Below, one piece after another: positions 56,222-64,000 of a stretch of 64,000 bases of DNA (within the stretch, counting starts at the first letter, position 1; every line of letters begins with the position of its first letter). The translations under genes and the position numbers were made by a program. The stretch is taken from positions 20,946 to 84,945 of the forward strand of contig JAZDKK010000023.1 in NCBI GenBank assembly GCA_043803015.1, given 5' to 3'. The notes under the pieces are model-generated. The model did not search any database and was not told the DNA's origin. It saw only the letters and a list, made by a program, of their open reading frames with translations. This DNA comes from Verrucomicrobiota bacterium. GTDB taxonomy: Bacteria > Verrucomicrobiota > Kiritimatiellia > CAIQIC01 > JAGNIJ01.

Positions 56222-59200
56222 ATGAGGCACGGAAGGCGGCTGGAACGGGCGGGAGGAGCGGCGCTTGGAGGCGCCGGCACGGTCGCGGGACTGTTGTCGG
56301 TCTTGTTTCTCTGCCGTGCGGCAGGCGCGGGCGGGCCGGCGGCGTCCTGGTCGTGGTCCTTCAACCGCCCTCTGCAGGCCACGGAGGTGATGTGGACAAA
56401 CGTGACGTGGTCGCTGAACGTTGACGGTAACACGGCCCTTTCTTCGACCTCCGGTGCGGCAGGTTATGTCATGTTCACGAACATCGCCGTGAACCTCGAC
56501 ACCCACCCTATCCTGGAACTCGATGCCCCTGGGGCCCAGGGCCACTGGACGCTGGAGGCCGGCCTGCACGGCTCCTCCCTCTCCAACGTGCACGCGAGCG
56601 TGAAGCCGGGCGCCGTGTCGGTGAACCTGAGCGAGCGGTTCGGCTGGACCGGGGCGCAGAGCCTTGACCTCCGCGTGTCATGCTCGAACCGGGTCGAACT
56701 GCGGGAGTTGAGCCTTTCCGTGAAACCCGGCTGGGTGCTCGTGGACGGCTTCGACACGCATCACTGGGAGGGCGAGTTCCAAAGCCTCTTCTTCGGCATC
56801 AATCCGCACGTGACTAACAACGGCGGCTGGATCCATCCCTGTACCGGGACCTACTCCACGGCGCATCCCGTGGAGGGAGAAACTGCCCTGCGCGTTTCCG
56901 CCCCCATCGTCCCGGGCGACGCGGCCAATTTCGCCTACCTCAAGGCGGTGCTGCCGGAGCCGGAGGACTGGTCGAATCACCGGTTCCTGACCTTCGACGG
57001 CTACGTCGAGCAGGCTCCGCTAATCATGCCCTCCGGCGGCTTGGTCCTGAGGAACGATCGAGGCGAGGAGAACCACGTGACGCTGATCCTCGGCTGGCAG
57101 ATGTTCGAGTGGGAGAACCGCCAGACCACGTTCCCGCTCCAAGGCAACATGATGAAGGGTGTCCAGAACAACTACACGAACTGGGAAATACGGCCGATAC
57201 CCGGGAGCCTACTGACCAACGTGACCGAGGTCACCGTGGGATTCGAGTACTACTCCGACCCCGAGCTCCAAACCAACTTCGTGCACCTGGACAACATGCG
57301 CCTGGATTCGGTCCGCATGTGGGACGCGTTCGAGGGGCCTGAGTACGGGTGGCACGGCACGAACCCCGCCGTCCGAACGGGGATCAGCGGCAACCGGACG
57401 TTGAGCGGCAGCGCGGGGGCGCTCTGCATCAGGTGGACCAACTCCTCCGGCCGGATATCGGCGGACACGCGCGGGGCGGCCCGGGAGGACAACTGGAGCT
57501 CCTACGCCTACGTGAAAGCCCACGCGTGGGCCGATCAGACCAACACGCGCGTCCGTCTCGTCGTCAACGGAACGCACACGACCACCGTCGCCGCCGTCGG
57601 CACGACGGGGACGTGGAACGCCATCGCCTGGAACAGGCCCGCCGGCGTGACCTCCGTGTCCAACCTGGCGTTCGAAATCGTGGACCCGCCGGCCGAGGGG
57701 CGGGTCTACATCGACCAGCTCATGGTGGGCGCCTACCCGAGCCGGATCGAGTCCGTCCAGGCCCTGGCCCTCCGGGACCGCAACCGGCTGACGTGGTCGC
57801 TCTCCGACACCGCCGGCGTGAAGAGGGTTCGCGTGGTCTGCAATACGAACGCCCTGCCGACCGGCCCCTCGGACGGCACGGTCGTGCTGGACCAGCCGCC
57901 GGGGAGCAGCGGAGATTTCTCCTTCGACCACGAGGGCGTTTCGGCAGGCGTCGTATACCACTACGCCGTCTTCACGCAGTACGACGACGACAGCTTCTCG
58001 CCGGTGACGGCGGACGCCGCGGCCGAAGTGTCCCGGGATTTCCTGGCGTTGGACGGCGGCGGCTACGAGGCGGCGTTCAGCAAGGTCAACGGTGCCCTGT
58101 TGTATCTCTACGACCGCGGCACGGGCCGCACCCTCTCCTACGGCAACGAGGCGCTGAGCCTGTGGCGCGTGGTCTTCGTCCACGAGTCCATCCCGGCGAT
58201 CGAATCCGGCTGGTTCAGCCCGGAGGAGGACACGCTGAAGTTCTCCTACACGCAGAGCCCCCTGACGCTCCGCTACAGCTACCTCAACGGCACGCAGTCG
58301 CTGGACGTCGCGGTGACGGTGGACACGTGGTCGACCAACCGGCTGGTCCTGCGGGTCGGCGTCAGCAACCACACGGCCGAGGCGATCCGGCGCGTCGGCG
58401 CGCCCCGGCAGCTCCTCTTCGCGATCACCAACATCAACGGCGTCGTATTCCCCGTGCAGGAAGGCGTGAGGCTGACGAGGGAGTACTTCGAGAAGGGCCA
58501 CTACATGTTCGAGCCGCGGCCGTGGCTGTTCGCGGACTTCATCGGCCTGGACTCAAGCGACGGCCTGTTGAGCTTCTACGCCATCCAGGACAGCACGTAC
58601 GAGGCCGAGCTGTTTCCGAGGCACGACCCGGCGCGCCCGATGTTCCAGCCCTGCGTGCTGGGCGTCGGCGCGGCCATGAACACCCGGGGCATGGCGATCA
58701 TGGACTACGACGCCGTCACCTACATCCCGCCCGGCGGCCACTGGACCAGCCCTGCCCTGGTCCTGGAGACCGGCGGCGGGTCGACCCGGGACGCCGTGGC
58801 CAGCTACAAGCAGCTCAACAGCTTCAACGACACGAATCTCTTCCCGACGCTGCAGCAGAAGCTCGACGCGTTCGGATGGTTCGACCGGATCGCCCGGGCC
58901 CCCGTCCTGACCATCGAGTGCGAGCTCTCCGTGGACTGGCAGAAGGCGCCGCAGGGCCGGCTCTGGCAGACGATCGAGAACGAGTGGGTTAACGTGCTGC
59001 CTCGGGACAGCATCCTGCATTTCACCCACTGGCAGGAGGGAACGCTCGAGGACCGGCACCCCGACAGCCAGCCGATCGTGGAGTCGAAGTTCGGGTCCAC
59101 CAACGACCTCATCCACATGCTGGCCGCGCTCCACCAGACCAACGACTGGCTGGTGATGCCCTTCTGCGATTGGCTGGTCTGGAACAAGCCCGAGGACCTG

Positions 59201-62200
59201 GTCTACCAGGACGGGAAGCTGGTCCCCCGCCCGGAATCCTGCACCAAGGTGCGCAGCCCCGACACGCCGCTCCTCGACTACCGCGGCTACATGGTCAAGC
59301 CCTGGCACACCAACGTCTGGCAGGCCAACACCAACCTCATGGGGTTCTACACGACGAACCAGCCGGTCGACCTGATGTTCATGGACATGACCTGCGAGCG
59401 GAGCTGGCGCTACACGCGCGTCGACCAGGACGCGAACGGGGTCGACGACCGGATCGTCGTGGGCTACACGCAGGGCGTCATCGACGAGAACCACGAGCTC
59501 AAGCGGCTCAAGCCCATCTTCACCGAGGGCCTGTTCGACCGGATGATGGGCGAGGTGTCAGGCTACTGCGGCTCCCTGCGGCAGAAACGACTCCTGGACT
59601 GGCTGGCCCACATGGGGAACGAGTTCGAGGACTGGGTGGTTTACCCGCTGGCCGCCGACGTTGCCCACCTGCACGTGGGCTTCTACCAGCACAACCTCAA
59701 CACGCCGGTGTTCCCGGACAGGAAGCTGCTGCTCACGCATTACACCTTGATGGGCTACGGCTACCTCGTGGATGTGGCCCACTGGTACAAAGAGAACAAC
59801 GAGCGCGGCGAGAACTGGATGTATATCTGCGACGCCTTCCAGAAGGCCGTGGCGGCCAAGTACTTCGGCAAGCCGCTCAGCGCGTACGTGCCGGCCGCCG
59901 GCGGCGACCCGCGCGTGATCCAGATGTCCTACGGAAGCGGCCCCGACGAGATCACGATCCTGGCCAACTTCCACAGCAACGAGACGTACAGCACCGGCGG
60001 TTACGTCCTATCCCCGGAAGGGTTCCTGGCCACCACGCCGGATAACCGCGTGATGGCCGACATCTTCACCAATCTCTTCCACGGCGCCGCGCTCACGCCC
60101 GGCGAGCACTTCATCGCGATCGACCGCACGTCCGCGACCGAGATCACCGTCCGGCACCCGCACGGGCCCGACACGCCGCTGCGCCTGCCGCGGCCGGCCG
60201 CCTGGACCAACAAGGTGTTCGCTCGCTGCGTGCTGGAGGACGGCTCGGAACTGCTCGCACCGGATTGGGTGTCGACGTCCGGCTCCGACCTGGTGCTGGA
60301 CTGCCGCCAGCGCACGCCCGGCGGGAGCAAGATCTCGAAGTTCATCCTGTTCGATGCACCGCTCAGCGCCAACCTGCCGCTCTACTTCCTCTCGGAGCCC
60401 CTTTTCGAGCTCGAGAACGAGACGCAGACGTGGGTCCGCGTGCGCGCCAGTAAGCCGGTCACGGCGGTCGTCCAGTACGGCGTGAACGGCGGTTCGAGCT
60501 GGGCCGTGACAAACCATGTCTTCTCCTATTCGCAAATGAGCTTGGTCGACCTTCCAATCCTTGGAACCGACTACTGGTTCCGGGTCACGATCACGGACGC
60601 GCAGGCGAACTCGGTCTCGAGCGGCACGGCGACCTACACCGCGCTTCGGAGCTTCTGGGGAGATGATTTCCTGACACCGAAGATCCACGTGAGCTTCGAC
60701 CTGGGTCCGTACGTCGAGAAGGATATCGTGTACAACGAGGGCGATGCCGCCAACGACGTGTTCGGCGACCGGCCGGGTGATGTCCACGGCTTCTGCGAAG
60801 ACGGCTGGTCCAACGGCGCCACGCGGGCAGCCGGCCTGCCGGCCAACCGGATCGTGCGGAGCACGGCGCAGGGCCTCGAGTACCGCCTCCTCCCCTACAG
60901 CACCGCCAACGTCATCGAGCTGTGCACATGGAGCAATGCCCCGGCCGAATCCTATGTGCTCGATGCGCCGGTCACGGCGCGCTACGCCCGCATCGGCATC
61001 CTGGCGGCCTCGGTGGGAGGCGATGCGACCTTCACGATCCTGTTGCGCTACGCCGACGGCACCGTCGCGACCAGCACGTGGGAGGCGGCCGACTGGCGTC
61101 AGCCGGCGGCGACCAACGTCGCGTTCGTCTTCACCAACCTGAATCACGTGGTGGCCGCGGACGGCACGATCCAGGGCGCCGCTGAACACCGGCTGTGCGA
61201 GTACGTGCTCGACAGCAACCGGGGCCTCGACAGCACGAGAGATCTGGCCGGTGTCACGATCGCCAATCGTCCGCTCTACGGTCCCGCCGCGACCAATGCC
61301 TACGCCGCGATCTTCGCTGTCAGCGGCTACGAGATCACCAGCGGCTGGCGCGACGACTACAACCACGACGGCCCGTGGCCGTGGAATGCGCGGCTCTACA
61401 CCAGCAACGGCTGGGGCGTCGTGACGGCGGACGCCGCGCTGTGGCAAAGCACGAACTACGGCAAGGTGCTTTCCGGCATCCTGCAGGCCGACCTGGTCCA
61501 GTTCCCGATCCTGGAAGTCTTTGTGCCGAAGACCGAGATGTGGGGCCGGAGCTGGTGGGTCCTCTCCCTGCAGGACCAGGACCCGCCCTACTCCAGGGTC
61601 CAGCTCTTCGAGGACCGCCAGCTCGGCACGGGCCGGCTGATCCTGAACATCCCGGAGATGACCGGCTGGTCCGGCCACAAGAAGTTCGCCGTTGAATTCG
61701 GGATCTACAACACCGAGATGGCGGAGCAGCACCTCTTCATCGACTACGTGCATCTCCGGCGGGACACGAGCGTGGGATGGGGGGACGGGTTTGCGCCGCC
61801 GCTCGATTCCTGGATCACGGAGGGCAATTCGCCCGGCACCCATGCGTGGCTGATCGACAACCACAACGGCACCGCCACGCTGGCCCAGGACGGCCATGCG
61901 CAGGGCTGGGGTGCCGCGTATTCCGAGCGTGTGGTCATGGACCTCGGGGACTACCCATGGCTCAACGTGCGCGTGGCCGGCATCACGAATCCGGCCGAGG
62001 GCGCCCATTTCAAAGTCAACGTCAACGACCAGCTCGGCCCGGCCTACCAGCAGGTCATCCCGGCCCGGTACGCGCCGTTTGAGGATTCGGGCCGCGTCGA
62101 CAAGTTCGGGACGAACGCGCTCGACCAGTTCCGCGTGGCGATGGTCATCGGGGGCTCCAACCAGCTGGCCGTGGTCGACTACGTGGAGTTCGGCAAGCGC

Positions 62201-64000
62201 GGCCCGACGGCAGGACGGCTGGTGTGGGACTCGGAGACGGCGTCCCTCAAGGCCGGGCTGGGCGAGGCGATCTGGCTGGCACTGACCGCGACGGATGCGG
62301 ACGGGAATCCCATCCACTACAGCCATCGCGGCCTGCCCCCGGCGGCCACCTACGACGGCATTCTCAGGTGGACCGCGCCCACGGCCGCCGGCACATACCG
62401 CTTCGACGTATTGGCAAGCAGCGACGGCCGGATCGTGACGAGCCGCGTTTCCGTCACGGTCGTCGACAGCACCATCCAGCATGAAGCCCCGGCCTGGGAA
62501 GCCCCCTGGAAGGCTGTGGCCACGGGCGCGGTCACCCTGGCCGGAACGTACGTGCCCGAAACCACCAACCTTCTGGTCGAAGTGAGCGTCAACGGCGACC
62601 CGTACAGCACCGCCGGCGTGACACAATCGCTCGACAGCTTCACCTGGTCGGGCACGGTCTCGAGCAGCCCGGTGACGCTCGACGCGCGTGTGCGCGACAC
62701 CGACACGTCGAAGCTCAGCTCGGCCGACCGGTGCACGCTCTACTCCACGATCCTCGGTCCCGGGTTCCGCCACGCACCCGCGGTCATGATGAGGGATGCG
62801 ACGTCGGCCTGGGTCCTCGTGAAGTCGCCGACGCAGGTCGCGGCGGAAGTCCGGTACGGGATCGGCGCCATGTACCTCGCCGCAACCAGCGCGGCCCTCT
62901 CGCTGACCCATGCCCTGCCGCTCCCGGACCTGTCCCCGGCCGATCCGTATTCCTACCAGGTCATCATCACGGACGGGGCCGGGGACGCCAGGATCAGCGG
63001 CGTGCAGGCCCTCCCCGCCGCCGGCGCGCACTGGGTTGAGGAGTTCGACGGCGAACCGGCGGGCTGGGGGGAATACCTCGGCGCCTCCATCACGGCCAGC
63101 AACGGCCAGGGCATCATGGTTTTCGAAGCGACGACCTCCACGTGGGCGAAGGTTCTCTCCCCCGCGCTCGACGTGGACGTGGACCAGTTCCCGGTTCTCG
63201 AGATATCGATCGCCGAGCCCTCCCTGTGGCCGGGCGCCTACGAGATCGGCCTGCAGGAAATGGAGGGTGACTGGACCTATGTCTCCCTCGCCAACAACCA
63301 CCTGCCCGGTACGATCATCGCCAATATCCCGCGCCTATCCGGCTGGGGCGGCCGGAAGAAGTTCGCCGTAGAGATCCGGATCTACAAGGACCTTCTGGAC
63401 ACCAAGCGGCTTTTCATCAACTACGTCGAGCTGCGCAGCGCCGCGAACGTGGCCTGGTCGGAGGAGTTCAACCCGCCGCGCACCACCTGGGGCTACGCGT
63501 ACAACGCGCTCCTCACGAACATCGGGGGCGGCACGGCGACGCTCCGGCAGTCCGGCGGCAGCGAGGGCTGGGGCTGGCTGTTCTCCGAGTTGATCGTCGC
63601 CGACAGCCGGGAATACCCGTGGATGAGGGCCGGCGTGACCGCCATGGACATGGGGGCCAACTTCAAGGGCGTCATCAAGGATGAATGGCGCACCAACTAT
63701 GTGACGGCCATTGACCGATGGGACACCTCGTTTACCGCCTCGGGCCGTTTCGGCATCCCCCGGGCCGGCGTGAGCAGGCTCGACGTCCTCCGCGCGGGGC
63801 TCGCGATCGCCGGCGCGGGCGCTGATGCCGTGGTGGATTCGGTCGAACTCGTAAAACTGGCGCCGGGCGCGACGCTGGCCTGGGACCCCGTCTCCGCCTC
63901 GTACAAGTCCGGCCCGAGCGCTGCGCTTTCCCTCCCGCTTACGGCGACGGAATATGGCGGCAGCCCCATCCAATACTCGGCACAGCACCTGCCGCAAGGC
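56222..64000 (+). CDS. giant secreted multi-domain protein (>2590 aa, continues past the window end) with repeated CBM-like beta-sandwich modules, FN3-like and cadherin-like Ig domains and a possible glycoside-hydrolase-like core
   Basis: Frame 2 stays open from the ATG at 56222 to the window end. No ORF-track entry in this frame starts after 56222, which fits there being no stop. It has a signal-like N-terminus MRHGRRLERAGG..LLSVLFLC. The module ..DQFP(I/V)LE(I/V)..W..GW(S/G)G(H/R)KKFAVE..IY..LFI(D/N)YV.LR recurs at ~61.5 kb and ~63.2 kb. A second module type lies at ~61.9 kb and ~63.6 kb. All antisense ORFs here have mirror-image high-GC composition. Confidence 0.7.
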   Translation, partial: MRHGRRLERAGGAALGGAGTVAGLLSVLFLCRAAGAGGPAASWSWSFNRPLQATEVMWTNVTWSLNVDGNTALSSTSGAAGYVMFTNIAVNLDTHPILELDAPGAQGHWTLEAGLHGSSLSNVHASVKPGAVSVNLSERFGWTGAQSLDLRVSCSNRVELRELSLSVKPGWVLVDGFDTHHWEGEFQSLFFGINPHVTNNGGWIHPCTGTYSTAHPVEGETALRVSAPIVPGDAANFAYLKAVLPEPEDWSNHRFLTFDGYVEQAPLIMPSGGLVLRNDRGEENHVTLILGWQMFEWENRQTTFPLQGNMMKGVQNNYTNWEIRPIPGSLLTNVTEVTVGFEYYSDPELQTNFVHLDNMRLDSVRMWDAFEGPEYGWHGTNPAVRTGISGNRTLSGSAGALCIRWTNSSGRISADTRGAAREDNWSSYAYVKAHAWADQTNTRVRLVVNGTHTTTVAAVGTTGTWNAIAWNRPAGVTSVSNLAFEIVDPPAEGRVYIDQLMVGAYPSRIESVQALALRDRNRLTWSLSDTAGVKRVRVVCNTNALPTGPSDGTVVLDQPPGSSGDFSFDHEGVSAGVVYHYAVFTQYDDDSFSPVTADAAAEVSRDFLALDGGGYEAAFSKVNGALLYLYDRGTGRTLSYGNEALSLWRVVFVHESIPAIESGWFSPEEDTLKFSYTQSPLTLRYSYLNGTQSLDVAVTVDTWSTNRLVLRVGVSNHTAEAIRRVGAPRQLLFAITNINGVVFPVQEGVRLTREYFEKGHYMFEPRPWLFADFIGLDSSDGLLSFYAIQDSTYEAELFPRHDPARPMFQPCVLGVGAAMNTRGMAIMDYDAVTYIPPGGHWTSPALVLETGGGSTRDAVASYKQLNSFNDTNLFPTLQQKLDAFGWFDRIARAPVLTIECELSVDWQKAPQGRLWQTIENEWVNVLPRDSILHFTHWQEGTLEDRHPDSQPIVESKFGSTNDLIHMLAALHQTNDWLVMPFCDWLVWNKPEDLVYQDGKLVPRPESCTKVRSPDTPLLDYRGYMVKPWHTNVWQANTNLMGFYTTNQPVDLMFMDMTCERSWRYTRVDQDANGVDDRIVVGYTQGVIDENHELKRLKPIFTEGLFDRMMGEVSGYCGSLRQKRLLDWLAHMGNEFEDWVVYPLAADVAHLHVGFYQHNLNTPVFPDRKLLLTHYTLMGYGYLVDVAHWYKENNERGENWMYICDAFQKAVAAKYFGKPLSAYVPAAGGDPRVIQMSYGSGPDEITILANFHSNETYSTGGYVLSPEGFLATTPDNRVMADIFTNLFHGAALTPGEHFIAIDRTSATEITVRHPHGPDTPLRLPRPAAWTNKVFARCVLEDGSELLAPDWVSTSGSDLVLDCRQRTPGGSKISKFILFDAPLSANLPLYFLSEPLFELENETQTWVRVRASKPVTAVVQYGVNGGSSWAVTNHVFSYSQMSLVDLPILGTDYWFRVTITDAQANSVSSGTATYTALRSFWGDDFLTPKIHVSFDLGPYVEKDIVYNEGDAANDVFGDRPGDVHGFCEDGWSNGATRAAGLPANRIVRSTAQGLEYRLLPYSTANVIELCTWSNAPAESYVLDAPVTARYARIGILAASVGGDATFTILLRYADGTVATSTWEAADWRQPAATNVAFVFTNLNHVVAADGTIQGAAEHRLCEYVLDSNRGLDSTRDLAGVTIANRPLYGPAATNAYAAIFAVSGYEITSGWRDDYNHDGPWPWNARLYTSNGWGVVTADAALWQSTNYGKVLSGILQADLVQFPILEVFVPKTEMWGRSWWVLSLQDQDPPYSRVQLFEDRQLGTGRLILNIPEMTGWSGHKKFAVEFGIYNTEMAEQHLFIDYVHLRRDTSVGWGDGFAPPLDSWITEGNSPGTHAWLIDNHNGTATLAQDGHAQGWGAAYSERVVMDLGDYPWLNVRVAGITNPAEGAHFKVNVNDQLGPAYQQVIPARYAPFEDSGRVDKFGTNALDQFRVAMVIGGSNQLAVVDYVEFGKRGPTAGRLVWDSETASLKAGLGEAIWLALTATDADGNPIHYSHRGLPPAATYDGILRWTAPTAAGTYRFDVLASSDGRIVTSRVSVTVVDSTIQHEAPAWEAPWKAVATGAVTLAGTYVPETTNLLVEVSVNGDPYSTAGVTQSLDSFTWSGTVSSSPVTLDARVRDTDTSKLSSADRCTLYSTILGPGFRHAPAVMMRDATSAWVLVKSPTQVAAEVRYGIGAMYLAATSAALSLTHALPLPDLSPADPYSYQVIITDGAGDARISGVQALPAAGAHWVEEFDGEPAGWGEYLGASITASNGQGIMVFEATTSTWAKVLSPALDVDVDQFPVLEISIAEPSLWPGAYEIGLQEMEGDWTYVSLANNHLPGTIIANIPRLSGWGGRKKFAVEIRIYKDLLDTKRLFINYVELRSAANVAWSEEFNPPRTTWGYAYNALLTNIGGGTATLRQSGGSEGWGWLFSELIVADSREYPWMRAGVTAMDMGANFKGVIKDEWRTNYVTAIDRWDTSFTASGRFGIPRAGVSRLDVLRAGLAIAGAGADAVVDSVELVKLAPGATLAWDPVSASYKSGPSAALSLPLTATEYGGSPIQYSAQHLPQG

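Noticed and set aside
60008-63301. 1097-aa minus-strand ORF, plus 57209..58501 and 58553..59494 minus ORFs
   Set aside because: They are mirror-image antisense ORFs of the giant plus-strand gene. They are Arg/Ala/Gly/Pro-rich with the low-complexity composition typical of non-coding frames in high-GC DNA. They have no motifs, whereas the plus frame has repeated, domain-like sequence.
1-64000. CRISPR arrays, rRNA genes and tRNA genes
   Set aside because: No direct repeat of 24-48 bp with regular unique spacers is present. The repeats found are palindromic or hexamer-periodic without spacers. No rRNA-like conserved segments or cloverleaf tRNA candidates were seen by eye. A tRNAscan/Infernal run would settle this.

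Overview
This 64 kb window is a high-GC (~65-70%) bacterial chromosomal segment, and almost every real gene has a mirror-image antisense ORF, as is typical at this GC. Its gene content is consistent with a PVC/Verrucomicrobia-like organism (two PEP-CTERM proteins, a prepilin-type protein, Ser/Thr kinases fused to WD40 propellers, a four-helix-bundle mini-cassette). This taxonomic guess is an inference only.

Layout, left to right:
- 1-830: 5' part of a Ser/Thr kinase on the minus strand.
- 949-15k: a truncated, insertion-riddled dcw (division/cell-wall) cluster on the minus strand. Read in the minus-strand direction it runs mraZ, an inserted Pro/Ala-repeat ORF, rsmH, ftsL, ftsI, murE, an inserted 60-aa zinc-ribbon ORF, murF, mraY, murD, an inserted LysM lipoprotein, then ftsW. 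ftsW carries an in-frame TAG. Next comes an inverted-repeat-flanked four-helix-bundle gene, then ahcY. The later dcw genes murG, murC, ddl and ftsQAZ are absent.
- 15.3-18.4 kb: a SIMPL-domain protein, an M29 aminopeptidase and a thioredoxin-like secreted protein.
- 18.8-23.85 kb: a markedly lower-GC island. It encodes a trypsin-like protease, lipoprotein and membrane proteins, and two proteins with HEPN-like motifs, one of them DUF4145-type. Its genes are each preceded by a ~110-280 bp MITE-like repeat (terminal inverted repeat CCGGGGTCGGACCACAGG). The island is bounded by mosaic inverted repeats.
- 24.4-35.9 kb: metG, then an FHA-GAF-histidine kinase divergently paired with a large Ser/Thr kinase (zinc-ribbon, kinase, transmembrane helix, 14 WD40 blades, CBM_4_9-like end), then a PEBP protein, an FmdB zinc-ribbon protein and priA.
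- 36-48 kb: a prepilin-type protein, a 1441-aa GH57 enzyme with four CBM25-like modules, and a seven-gene efflux operon (TetR, HlyD, two ABC ATPases, TolC, two ABC-2 permeases).
- 48.5-54 kb: YjbQ, an SLT transglycosylase, a HAD hydrolase, a beta-carbonic anhydrase, an MsbA-like ABC exporter, trxB and a dimeric-dUTPase-like protein.
- 54.3-56 kb: two PEP-CTERM proteins, each followed by a conserved structured 3' element that shows a compensatory base change.
- 56222 to the window end: a secreted multi-domain ORF of more than 2590 aa. It is absent from the ORF track because it has no stop codon inside the window.

No rRNA, tRNA or CRISPR array was found.

The candidates for a novel system are the low-GC HEPN island with its MITE-like upstream elements, the PEP-CTERM 3' RNA element, and the FHA-kinase / Ser-Thr-kinase sensor pair with its carbohydrate-binding theme.
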